NCBI GenBank assembly: GCA_963804315.1
Contig: CAWDQB010000056.1
Span: forward strand, 6,052-70,051
DNA: 64,000 nt
Direction of reading: 5' to 3'
Source: an uncultured Acidobacteriaceae bacterium
GTDB taxonomy: Bacteria; Acidobacteriota; Terriglobia; Terriglobales; Acidobacteriaceae
Shown: positions 21,224 to 30,830 of the stretch, piece by piece
How the letters are laid out: the number at the start of each line of letters is the position of its first letter
Numbering within the stretch: position 1 is the stretch's first letter
Translations under genes and position numbers: made by a program
Notes under the pieces: generated by a model
Database searches by the model: none
What the model saw: only the letters and a program-made list of their open reading frames with translations
Told to the model about the DNA's origin: nothing

Positions 21224-21994
21224 ATGCCAAGAGGGATTACAAGTGAGAACGTGACTGCCCAGAGCGCTATCTTAAAGCGAACCGCGGTGAATCTTGGCAT
21301 TGTTTGTCCGATGGCGAATGAAGGTGATGAAGCAGTTCGCTTCTGCCAGGCAGTGTTGGCGCAAACTTCAGACTTTCAAAAGGTTACATTCTTTGCGGTT
21401 TTTGATCGAGCGAACAAGGATGAAAGCCTGGATCAAATGCGTGAATTGGAGCGCACTGAACCTCGACTGCGCGTAGTTTGGGCTCCGGAAAACCGGTGTG
21501 TGGTGGACGCATATCTTCGCGGTTACAAAGAGGCGCTGGATGCCGAATGCGACTGGATTTTGGAGATTGATGCCGGTTTCAGTCATCAGCCGGACGATAT
21601 TCCACAGTTTTTCAGTGCTATGGAAGATGGACTGGATTGCGTTTTTGGGAGCCGTTTTATCGGGCACTTCGAGCATAGCTCCTTTAAGCGCCGCGTTATC
21701 AGTTGGGGTGGAACCTTCCTGGCGAATCTGTTGCTGGGTACGCGCCAAACGGATATGACTAGCGGATTCGAACTGTTCTCGCGCGATACGCTCAGCATGG
21801 TTCTCGACCGGGGCATTCACTCCAGAGCACACTTTTTTCAAACCGAAATCAAGACCTATTGCAGGAAGCTAAGGTTTGTCGAAGTACCGATCACTTATCG
21901 CAGCGCGAGTCCGCGTCTCGGCAGTTCCGCTGTGAAAGAAGCATTTGCGCAGCTATGGCGTTTATTCCAGCTTCGCCTCAAGGAGCAACTGTGA
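21224..21994 (+). CDS. GT2 glycosyltransferase (polyprenol-phosphate mannose synthase-like)
   Basis: IVCPMANE, EIDAGFSHQP, VFGSRF, DMTSGF and EVPITY motifs. Confidence 0.85.
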   Translation: MPRGITSENVTAQSAILKRTAVNLGIVCPMANEGDEAVRFCQAVLAQTSDFQKVTFFAVFDRANKDESLDQMRELERTEPRLRVVWAPENRCVVDAYLRGYKEALDAECDWILEIDAGFSHQPDDIPQFFSAMEDGLDCVFGSRFIGHFEHSSFKRRVISWGGTFLANLLLGTRQTDMTSGFELFSRDTLSMVLDRGIHSRAHFFQTEIKTYCRKLRFVEVPITYRSASPRLGSSAVKEAFAQLWRLFQLRLKEQL

Positions 21995-23018
21995 ACGATT
22001 CCTCATTCGAAGGGCCTGTCAGTGTTGTCGTCACTTCCATCTCTGCGCCGAACGCCGAAATGCGCGAGGTCGCAAGCCAGTGCAAGGCACGTGGCTTTTC
22101 TTTTTACGTGATTGGCGACGTGCCCAGCCCTGAGAATTTCTCGATCGAGGGTTGCGAGTTTTACAGTCTTCAGCGGCAGCGGGAAACTGGCTTTAAAATC
22201 GCGCAAATCATGCCAACACGGCATTATTCGCGGAAGAATATCGGTTACCTGCTTGCACTTCGTTCTCGCCCAACCTTTCTGCTGGAGACTGATGATGACA
22301 ATATGCCGCTCGCAAACTTCTGGGATCCACGGAATGCACGGATGCGCGTGCGGACGCTTGCCGGAAACGGCTGGACGAATGTCTACAGTTACTATACCGA
22401 GGCGAATATCTGGCCGCGGGGGCTTCCCTTGGATGAAGTTCAGAGGCAGTTGCCGGAGTTTGACGCGCTCCCCGAAACGGAACTGGACTGCCCAATTCAG
22501 CCGGGGCTAGCCGATGAAGATCCCGATGTGGACGCGATTTACCGTCTGCTGTTGCCGCTTCCAGTCACCTTTCGGAGGGATCGCTGGCTTGGGCTGGCAT
22601 CCGGAACCTGGTGCCCTTTCAACAGCCAGAATACGGCATGGTTTCCCAAAGCTTATCCGCTGCTCTATCTGCCCTCTTATTGCTCAATTCGCATGACGGA
22701 TATCTGGCGCAGCTTTGTGGCGCAGAGGATTGCGTGGGAAAACGGCTGGGGCGTGCTCTTCAAGGGACCGGATGTCTATCAGAGGCGGAATGAGCATAAC
22801 CTGATGCGGGATTTTGCCGATGAAGTGCCTGGATATTTACACAATCGCAATGATCGGCGCGCGACTGGATGCATTGAAACTGGATGCTGGGCCGGAGAGC
22901 TTGGGAGAGAACTTGATCCGGTGTTACGAGGAACTGGATCAGGCTTGATTTGGTCGGCAAGGAAGAGTTATCTTTGGTCAAAGCTTGGGTGCAGGACTTA
23001 GCGGACTTGAATGCTTGA
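21991..23018 (+). CDS. STELLO-like (DUF288) glycosyltransferase family protein (two frameshifts near the 3' end)
   Basis: VVVTSI, VIGD, YSRKNIGYL, ETDDDN, WPRGLPL, DPDVDAIYRL, PFNSQNT and RMTDIWRSFVAQR motifs; removing one base at about 22849 and one at about 22936 gives an uninterrupted tail ending AWVQDLADLNA*. Confidence 0.82.
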
Positions 23019-23100
23019 ATCGGCGAGCTTGCCGCCTGAATCGCATCATGTCTTGTTGGAGGGCATGATGTGATTTAAGTGGCAAGTTCGAGATTGATCT

Positions 23101-24321
23101 TCACTCTGCCGCAGACATACCGGGATCATCAAGTTGATTTCGATTCGATGACTGCAACGCCAGTGAAACTATTACAAGAACCGTGCCAATGGGATTGACA
23201 CAATCGAAGATCCTTACCGCAGACGAAAAATGGAAGTACGAGGAGAATGCCGTCTGCTGAAAACCTACCAAGCAGAATCCAATCAAAAACAGACGGTCTA
23301 GGAGGGTTGGCAAGCCTCTCTCCGCTATCTCGCGGCACTTCAACGCCAGCAAGGGAAGCAGTAAAACGCCGGTGTAAGGAAATACTTGCAAGGGCATGGC
23401 AGTCATCCAGGCGAGACTATAAATGGACTATACTGTCAGATCAGAGTATCGATTTTTGAATAGCATAAATGCATAGGATGCTACCCAGAGCGCTAGATAC
23501 ACAAGAGTCACTGCATGACTCAAGGCATAGTGTTGAGTCACTTCGGTCACATTGACCGAACTAAGTATTCCAACCGGGCAGATATTCTCTGCCCCAAGCA
23601 CTTCCGCGGTCCGTCTGGTCTGCGAAAGAAAGAAGTTCCAGACAAGAGCGTGGAAAGGAAGCATGAGAAGCGCCAGAAACAGCATAACTGCCATGACCTG
23701 CTTCCAAAGCCGCGCCAGCAAGATCGGAGCAAGCAGCAGGATGCTATAGACCTTGAAGCCAATAGACAGACTAAGGGCAAACGACTTGATAAAACGGTTC
23801 TTTGCGAAAATTGACACCAGGATGAGGGCTAACATGATCCCATCCAGATTCCCGCGCTCCAGAAGGAAAATGAGCGGGGAAATAAATTGAAGAAATGGCA
23901 AAAAAAAGATTGCTTTCCCGCTGCGTCATCTTGAAGCAACTGCAAATGTAATTGAGCGACGTGAAAATGATTGCCAAATCAATGACAAGAAAGAAAAGAC
24001 TTCCTAATCATAACCGAAAAACTGAAACGGGAGAGCTGTCAGAAGCGACGGAGGAGGGGTAAAAAACCTGGGTCTAAGATATGGATTGACTCCATGAAGC
24101 CAGTCCGAGGTGGCGGTAAAAAAGCCTGTGAAATCAAGCTGAAATACCCATCTCTGTACAAAGACTGGCGATTGCCCTGAAATCAGCAAAATAAACAAGA
24201 TAAGTAATAATTGTGCAAAGAGAGCGTAAAACACGTAAAACAATACGGTTTCTACGGTGATCTCGCTTTGTTTGGTGTCAGTTCTCCCTGCTGGACTCAA
24301 CCTCAGCTTGCTCTCTGTCAC
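23101..24321 (-). pseudogene. GT87/DUF2029-like membrane glycosyltransferase, disrupted
   Basis: DFTGF...GVNPY...PPPSLL, LERGNLD and IGFKVY motifs; frameshifts at about 24007 and 23868, plus an in-frame TAG at 23428-23430. Confidence 0.65.
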
Positions 24322-24523
24322 CTTGCCCCCCTATCAAATCGCGATTGTGCTGAAACTCGAATACGCTGTCCCCGGCTCCATCTTCTGGGAGAGTTGTCTC
24401 CCGGAAGATGGCCCGGAGTAAAAATCATTCCAAGTCTATCTCATCAACCGAATACTGTCCATACTTACTTTTTCATTCGGTTTGACTCTATCAGGTTGTC
24501 CAGCCACGGCCCAGGCGGTCTGG

Positions 24524-24572
24524 TATGATTCTTTTTATGCATATGTCAGACGATTCTCCATCTCCGCGAGAA
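24524..24572 (+). repeat. Degenerate copy of the -10 box and first codons of the downstream SpoIIE-type phosphatase gene (25815-25864)
   Basis: TATGATTCTTTTTATGCATATGTCAGACGATTCTCCATCTCCGCGAGAA versus TATGATTTTGTTCTAGGCATATGGCAGACGAAACTCCATCTCCGCGCGAA (MSDDSPSPRE versus MADETPSPRE). Confidence 0.8.
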
Positions 24573-24599
24573 TATCTTGTCATCCCAAAGGAGCCAGCC

Positions 24600-24745
24600 G
24601 TGCCGCCCATCGATGTTGAAGAGTTGCTGACTGTGCATAATAAAGGCGAGTGTATCGAAGCATCCATCCGCAGGATTTACGGAGAACTGGCAAAGACTGT
24701 ATATCCAGGCTTCATCGTTTGCGAAGACGGAAGCAAAGGCAATAT
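24600..24745 (+). pseudogene. Truncated 5' fragment of a GT2 glycosyltransferase (copy 2)
   Basis: GGAGCCAGCC then GTG; VPPIDVEELLTVHNKGECIEASIRRIYGEL...IVCEDGSK, paralogous to 21055-21150. Confidence 0.7.
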
Positions 24746-24864
24746 CCGAAAAAGAGGCCCTTTCTCATTTACACTTCATTGGCCGCCTGGTATTTATCTT
24801 AGGAGTTGACGCTCGTGCAGATTAAGATGTCGTGCCATGTTCCAATGAAAGGATGGACGTAAGA

Positions 24865-25797
24865 ATGCAGCTAGCCGTTACAAAAGATACGGAGGAGTTT
24901 ACTAGTAAAACTGAGAAGTTCGACCGAATGCTTCTGGCTTTAATCGCGGCGTTCTTCGTGTGGTTGATAGTTTCATTCTTGGTTGTGAAGGCAGGCGCGA
25001 GCATTATGGCTTGGGCTTTACTGCCGAGCATATACTTACAAGCCAGATCCCATGCAAATTGGCGGTATTGGCTTGCCGCAAGTCTGTTTGCCATGCCTAT
25101 ACTTATATTCAAAGGGGCATTTTATGCACCGCTGGGACTAGCCGTAGGATGTACCGTAATCTCCACACATCGTGTCATATATGGCGCATTAAATCGATTT
25201 TGCATGATGCCTTTGGCTATTATGCTCTTTATGTTTAGTTACGGTTTCACACAACACATTGTCAGAAGACTGGGGGGATATCCCATCGATGGCAGTATGT
25301 TGGCCTTTGATAATCAGTGGTTTTCAGGAGTAAGCATCCGAATCTGGCACTATGCTCAGATGAACTTCATCATGGGTAAGTTTTTTGAGATCGTATATCT
25401 ATTTTTGTCATGCGCGGCGGTAATTGTCATGGAAAGTCTAAACCGAATCGAAAGAATCCGTACCTGTTTTATTCTATTCCTTGCGGGACTCTGCGCTGTC
25501 CCTTTTTATATTCTTTTCCCAGCAGTCGGTCCCGTGCATATCGGAGAACCATTTGCAATGCGCAACTGTCTTCCATCTATGCATGTTACCTGGGCGATCC
25601 TTTTGTGGCGAGCGGCGATTCCCGGATGGCAGCGAAAGGCGATGGCAATATTTGTGCCGCTGACCGCAATCTCAACTTTAACCACGGGAGAACATTATCT
25701 GATCGATATACTCGCTGCTATTCCTTATGCAGCCTTTTGGGCTTTATGGATCAATAACCGCAGCAAGGAAAGTTCGTATCAGGTTGACCGGCTATAG
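24865..25797 (+). CDS. PAP2-superfamily membrane protein (inositol phosphorylceramide synthase/Aur1-like)
   Basis: YILFPAVGP, NCLPSMHVTWA and GEHYLIDILA motifs; many TM helices; start uncertain. Confidence 0.8.
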   Translation: MQLAVTKDTEEFTSKTEKFDRMLLALIAAFFVWLIVSFLVVKAGASIMAWALLPSIYLQARSHANWRYWLAASLFAMPILIFKGAFYAPLGLAVGCTVISTHRVIYGALNRFCMMPLAIMLFMFSYGFTQHIVRRLGGYPIDGSMLAFDNQWFSGVSIRIWHYAQMNFIMGKFFEIVYLFLSCAAVIVMESLNRIERIRTCFILFLAGLCAVPFYILFPAVGPVHIGEPFAMRNCLPSMHVTWAILLWRAAIPGWQRKAMAIFVPLTAISTLTTGEHYLIDILAAIPYAAFWALWINNRSKESSYQVDRL

Positions 25798-25834
25798 CCG
25801 GAGCGTCGGTGCGCTATGATTTTGTTCTAGGCAT

Positions 25835-27659
25835 ATGGCAGACGAAACTCCATCTCCGCGCGAAGAACCTGAGTTCGAGGGCGACTACCGCCCGGCGGAC
25901 GCGGCCAACCCTGGGGCGCATCTGGACCCGACGAATATCCGCGTGGAAGCGGCGGATGTGGCCTACTTGATGCAACTGGCCGAGGCACTGAACACTACGC
26001 TGGATCTGGAGACCCTGCTGCGGCGCACTGCGGAGCTGGTGGCTGCCGTGATTCCCTACCGCATCTTTGCGATTCTATTGCTGAACGACCACACGCGCGA
26101 ACTGCGGGTAAGGTTTCAGATCGGCCACACAGATGAAGGTGGAGCGGCTGAGCATTCCCATGGGTCAGGGAGTGGTGGGGCAGGTGGCGCTGACCCGCCA
26201 GCCGGTGCTGCTGAACGATGTGCGCGACTCGGATGTTTACCTCGAAGTGAATGCCGAGGTGCGCTCCGAACTGGCCGTGCCTCTGGTTGCCAAGAACCGG
26301 CTGATCGGCGTGATGGACATTGAGAGCGAGCAGCTCAACTATTTTGGCCCGGAGCAGTTGCGGCTGCTGACGCTGACCGCCTCGCGCATCGCCCAGGCCA
26401 TTGAGAATGCGCGTTTGTATGCCCGTGTCTCGCGTCAAGCGCAGACGCTGACGGTGCTCAATGAGATTGCCACCGAGTTGACTTCGATCCTCGATCTCGA
26501 TCCTCTGTTGGAGCGGGTGGGCCAACTGCTGCGGCGTCTGATCGACTACCAGATGTTCTCCATCATGCTGCTGGACGAGAAGGGCGAGCGGCTGATTACT
26601 CGCTATGCGTGGCGCTTTGGCAGCGCACATACTCCGCTGCGCAGCCTTCCCGTCACCAGCGGGCTGGTGGGCGCGGCGGTGCGCGAGTGGCGGCTGGTGA
26701 ACGTGCCGGACGTGCGCAACGATGCGCGCTATGTACCGATGAATCCGGAGACGCGCTCGGAGCTGATTGCGCCGCTCTTTCATAAGGGGAAGATCATCGG
26801 CGTGCTGGACCTGGAGCATACCCGCGTGGGCTTCTTCAACGAAGAACATGAGCGGACGCTGATCACGCTGGCCGCGCAGGTAGCCATCTCCATCGAGAAT
26901 GCGCGGCTCTACCAGACGGTGCGCTCGCAGGAGCGGCAACTGGAGCGCGACATCACCATGGCCCGCGAGGTGCAACTGCGCCTGCTGCCGCCCCTGGCGC
27001 CAGAGTTACCCAATGCCGAGATGGCGGTGCGCTTCCTGCCCGCCCGCACCATCGGCGGCGACCTCTATGACTTCATCGAGTACAACGCCGGACTGATGGC
27101 CATTGTGCTGGGCGATGTGAGCGGCAAGGCTGCTCCGGCGGCGCTCTTTGCCGCACTGGTCAGCGGCAACCTGCGCTCGGCGGCGGCGCAGCAGCCCGCG
27201 CCGGCAGAGATGCTCGCCCTGCTGAACGATGCCATCCAGGAGCGCAAGCTCGAATCGCAGTACGTAACCATGCTCTTTGCCTTGTGGGACGATGCCAGCC
27301 GCACCCTGCGGGTGAGTAACTCCGGCGCTGTGCAGCCCATCCTTTGCCGCGCCGGTCATGCGTCCACAATTCACGCCGAGGGCTTTCCGCTGGGACTCTT
27401 TCCGGATGTGACGTATTACGAACTGACCGTGGCCACTGAACCGGGAGACGTGATCATCTTTGTCTCCGACGGAATTCTGGACGCGGAGAATGCCGAGGGC
27501 GAGATGTTCGGCTCGGAGCGGCTGGAGGAGCTTCTCTGCGCTCGCGGCGAGCACACCGCGCAAGAGATCGCCGACGCCATTCTCTCTGACGTCGCCCGCT
27601 TCCTGGGCGAGCAGGACCACTTCGACGACGAAACAGTGATCGTGCTAAAGGTGCGGTAA
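25835..27659 (+). CDS. GAF-GAF-PP2C (SpoIIE/RsbU-type) phosphatase (frameshift near 26137)
   Basis: Two GAF domains; IGGDLYDF, GDVSGK, SDGILDA and DDETVIVL motifs; ORFs 25835 and 26133 join if one base is removed. Confidence 0.9.
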
Positions 27660-27667
27660 AAGAACAA

Positions 27668-27693
27668 GAGACCGAGGGACCAGGGGACCAGGA
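27668..27693. repeat. Short degenerate 8-nt tandem repeat
   Basis: GAGACCGA GGGACCAG GGGACCAG between convergent stop codons. Confidence 0.45.
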
Positions 27694-27694
27694 A

Positions 27695-28015
27695 CTACTC
27701 GGCGAAGATTTCGCCCAGCGTGGTCAGGGTGGCGCTGAGGGTCTTTGGCGCAAGGTCTCCGGCGCGTTTAACCAGGCGGGTCTTGTCTACGGCGCGAATC
27801 TGATCGAGCAGGATCAACCCCTGCTTGCCTTCATGACGGACGGGAATGCGGAAGGGCGCGGAATGGCTGCCGGTCGTCATCGGCGCGATGAGCACGGTGC
27901 GCAGATGGTCATGCATCTCCGGCGGGGAGATCACCACGCAAGGTCGTGTCTTCTGAATCTCGCTGCCCACGGTAGGGTCGAGATTCACCAGCCAAACTTC
28001 TCCACGTTTCACCAT
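27695..28015 (-). CDS. mazF: MazF/PemK family toxin
   Basis: RGEVWLVNLDPTVGSEIQKTRPCVVIS and LDQIRAVDK motifs. Confidence 0.93.
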   Translation of the reverse strand: MVKRGEVWLVNLDPTVGSEIQKTRPCVVISPPEMHDHLRTVLIAPMTTGSHSAPFRIPVRHEGKQGLILLDQIRAVDKTRLVKRAGDLAPKTLSATLTTLGEIFAE

Positions 28016-28257
28016 CTCAGTTCCTCATCGCCTTCATTGGCGAACTCCGGAAGAACCAACACATCATCGCCCGTGGCGGCCAGCTTCATGCTCGCTTCGG
28101 CCCATCCGCTGCGCGGTTGTGCTTTGGGCCTGCGCAAGACCAGCGTATCGCCCTCGACGCACATCTCCGCCTGATCCACCAGCCCCACCTGCCGCAGCAG
28201 CGGCTTGGGAATCAGAATCCCTTGCGAGTTGCCTAAACGCCGAATCGTGGTCAGCAT
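28009..28257 (-). CDS. mazE: AbrB/MazE family antitoxin
   Basis: IRRLGNSQGILIPK AbrB fold; overlaps the toxin start; GGAGG RBS. Confidence 0.9.
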   Translation of the reverse strand: MLTTIRRLGNSQGILIPKPLLRQVGLVDQAEMCVEGDTLVLRRPKAQPRSGWAEASMKLAATGDDVLVLPEFANEGDEELRW

Positions 28258-28267
28258 ATCGCCCTCC

Positions 28268-28290
28268 ATGTAATAACAATGTTAGCACAT
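28268..28290. promoter_or_regulatory. Palindromic operator of mazEF (putative autorepression site)
   Basis: ATGT-AA-TAACA-A-TGTTA-GC-ACAT inverted repeat immediately upstream of the antitoxin RBS. Confidence 0.6.
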
Positions 28291-28304
28291 AAGCAATCCT
28301 TCGC

Positions 28305-28389
28305 AAACCGGGGTCCCCGACGCACGATTTCTGTGCGTTGGGGTAGAAAACCGGGGTCCCCGACGCACGATTTTTGTTTGTTGGGGTGG
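28305..28389. repeat. Two tandem copies (about 42 nt each) of a second REP-like hairpin
   Basis: AAACCGGGGTCCCCGACGCACGATTT repeated at 28305 and 28348; unit 1 folds CCCCGACGCAC/GTGCGTTGGGG. Confidence 0.8.
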
Positions 28390-28448
28390 AAAGAGTGTAT
28401 GCGTCCGACCAACTACACGGTTGACCGAAGCGGCGGCGTTCAGATAGG

Positions 28449-30029
28449 TTACTTTGCTTTGCTGGCCGCGTAGGCTGCCGGGGTAAGTTGGTCGAGGCTT
28501 TTCACGGAACGGTCGGCAAGTCCAGGCAGGACGGTTGCCAGGTATTCGCGGATCGGCAGGCCAAGTCTGCGGCAACTTTCGACGATGGAAAAGATCGCCG
28601 CCACTTTTGGCCCGGCTTCTTTGCTGCCAAGATGCACCCAGTTCTTGCGGCCGATCGCAACCGAGCGCATGGAGTTCTCGGCCAGATTATTGGATAACTC
28701 CAGCTCAGGATATTCGAGGAAGATGGTCAGCTTTTTCCATAAATCCAAGGTGTATCGCGCGGCCTTGCCCGCGGCGCTTTGGGGCAGAACCTTGCTCTGC
28801 GCGGCCTGTATCTGCTTGCGCAGTTCGGCCACGAGCGCAGGCGCGCTTGCCATGCGCAGCGCATGACGTTCGGCGTGATTCATCTTCTGCGCGCGCGCCT
28901 GGGCATCGATGGCGAATAACTCATCCATCAACGCGACGATGCTTGCCGAGTCCTTGTCTTTGGGATCGACCTTGATGGCATCGATATACTTGCGGCGCGC
29001 ATGCGCGAGACAACAGGCATGCACCATCGCTGGCCCGCCGATACCGTTTTCGTAGGCGGCGTAGCCATCGGTTTGCAAAATGCCGCTGAACTGGCCGAGA
29101 AATTGTTTTGGCCCTTCGCGCTCGCGGCCCATGCGGAAGTCGAAGATGACCGATCCACCCGGCGATCCATATTGCCATAGATAGGCTTGATGATTGCACC
29201 CGCGCTTGTCATGCGTCTGCACATCGACGGGCGTTTCGTCAGCCTGGATGTAGTTACCATTTAATAACTCACTGCGCATCACGCGGACGATGGGCTGAAG
29301 CATCTCGCCGACTTGCATCACCCAGCCGTCCATCGTGGAGCGGCTGATGTCAAGGCCCGTATCGCGCTTGAGAATCGCGCTCTGCCGATAGAGCGGAAGG
29401 CTGTTGCAATATTTGGCGACGACCGTGCCGATGATGATTTGATCGGAGACCAGTGACTTGGGGATGATCGACTCAGGCACCGAAGCAACTGCCACGCCTA
29501 ACTCCTCGCACCGCTTGCAGGCGCGCTTTTCGCGCTTCGTCACGCGCACGAAATACTCGGCGGGCTTCACGTCGAGCACTTCGCTCTCTTCGTAACCAAT
29601 GACCGCAGTTTCTTTGCCGCAGCCGCCGCAGATGCACTGATCGGGCGTGCAAACGATGATCTTCTCGACGCGAGTCAGATGCGCGGGCAGCGTCTGCCGG
29701 CCCGGATGCTTCTTCTTGTCTCGCTGTTGCGGAGAAGCACTTTCGTTATCGATTGCCGGCGATGATTCCGCGAAAGGATCACGCTCACTCTCGGCAATAA
29801 CTTCTTCGCGGCTGACTCCGGGCTCAGCTTCGAGTAGTTCCAGTTGAAGATCACTGAGCTTCTCGCTGGCCTTGCCGTACTTGGCGATGCGCATTTGCCG
29901 CAGACGCTCTTCGAGAAACTGGATCTTCAGTTGCGCATAGGCAAGCTCGCGTTGTAATTGTGAGATGACTTCGACGGAGAGAGGATCGGAGTGTGGCGAA
30001 ACAATCGGTTGGAGAGGCACGCTCACCAT
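28449..30029 (-). CDS. tnpC: IS66 transposase TnpC
   Basis: Zinc finger CGGCG/CKRCE; IQADETPV, LQTDGY, CLAHARRK, SNNLAE and GRKNW motifs. Confidence 0.96.
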   Translation of the reverse strand: MVSVPLQPIVSPHSDPLSVEVISQLQRELAYAQLKIQFLEERLRQMRIAKYGKASEKLSDLQLELLEAEPGVSREEVIAESERDPFAESSPAIDNESASPQQRDKKKHPGRQTLPAHLTRVEKIIVCTPDQCICGGCGKETAVIGYEESEVLDVKPAEYFVRVTKREKRACKRCEELGVAVASVPESIIPKSLVSDQIIIGTVVAKYCNSLPLYRQSAILKRDTGLDISRSTMDGWVMQVGEMLQPIVRVMRSELLNGNYIQADETPVDVQTHDKRGCNHQAYLWQYGSPGGSVIFDFRMGREREGPKQFLGQFSGILQTDGYAAYENGIGGPAMVHACCLAHARRKYIDAIKVDPKDKDSASIVALMDELFAIDAQARAQKMNHAERHALRMASAPALVAELRKQIQAAQSKVLPQSAAGKAARYTLDLWKKLTIFLEYPELELSNNLAENSMRSVAIGRKNWVHLGSKEAGPKVAAIFSIVESCRRLGLPIREYLATVLPGLADRSVKSLDQLTPAAYAASKAK

Positions 30030-30080
30030 GCTTCTTTTGTAACATATAACGCTGTGGATAAGTATGGAAATCAACAGTAA

Positions 30081-30467
30081 TCATGCGGTCATTCGTGACA
30101 TATTTGATTCCTCGCCAACAGGCTTGCGATACCACTTGCGCTTGCTTGTTTGCCCGAGATCGATGCCTCCCACAAGCAGCGCAAATTCTTCACGGCTCAA
30201 CACCACCTTGCCTTGCTCGGCATCATCAGAAGGCCAGTGAAGGCGGCCTCGCTCGATTCGTTTCGCGCAAACCCAAAGTCCCGTGCCATCGAAAAACAAT
30301 ATCTTCAGCCGATTCTTTTGCGCGTTGGAAAACAAAAACACATGGCCGCTCATCGGGTTGCACAGCAACTGATCGCGCACCAGGCCATACAGGCCATTGA
30401 AGCTTTTGCGCATATCCGTAGCGCCAGGCGCAAGGTAGATGCGCGTCGCCGCGCCCAGGCCGAACAC
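30081..30467 (-). CDS. tnpB: IS66 accessory protein TnpB
   Basis: TDMRKSFNGL and KILFFDGTGLWVCAKRIERG motifs. Confidence 0.95.
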   Translation of the reverse strand: MFGLGAATRIYLAPGATDMRKSFNGLYGLVRDQLLCNPMSGHVFLFSNAQKNRLKILFFDGTGLWVCAKRIERGRLHWPSDDAEQGKVVLSREEFALLVGGIDLGQTSKRKWYRKPVGEESNMSRMTA

Positions 30468-30470
30468 GCG

Positions 30471-30830
30471 CTACGCCCGATCCAACAGACTCACCAAACG
30501 CTCCAGCGTGGGTGCATCAAACCCGCGCCCCACTGCGATCCGCCGCCCGTTGGTGAACTCCAGCCACAAATGACTGCACGGTTCGTCCCCGCTTGCCGTA
30601 ACTGCCGAGTTATCGTGCAATAACTCCACCGGAAGCAAACGCTTTGCAGCTCGCGCGGTCGGTTGGCGATAAAGCCGCCGATACTTATCCAGCGCCGCCA
30701 CCGACACTCCGCGCCGCGAGCAAAACGCCTTCCGCGTCAATCCGCTGGTTTCATACTCGGCAACCAACTGCGCGGCTTCCGCACGGCTCCGGCGACGATG
30801 CTTCAAACTCACCGCTCCCGCTTCACTCAT
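30471..30830 (-). CDS. tnpA: IS66 accessory protein TnpA
   Basis: HTH SGLTRKAFCSRRGVS and LLPVEL; first ORF of the element. Confidence 0.88.
   Translation of the reverse strand: MSEAGAVSLKHRRRSRAEAAQLVAEYETSGLTRKAFCSRRGVSVAALDKYRRLYRQPTARAAKRLLPVELLHDNSAVTASGDEPCSHLWLEFTNGRRIAVGRGFDAPTLERLVSLLDRA

Noticed and set aside
20937-25834. Integron cassette array or prophage as the origin of the glycosylation islet
   Set aside because: No integrase, no attC core sites recognised and no phage genes.
28305-28389. Possible mini-CRISPR array
   Set aside because: Only two adjacent units, the intervening sequences are similar to each other and form part of the hairpin, and no cas genes are present.
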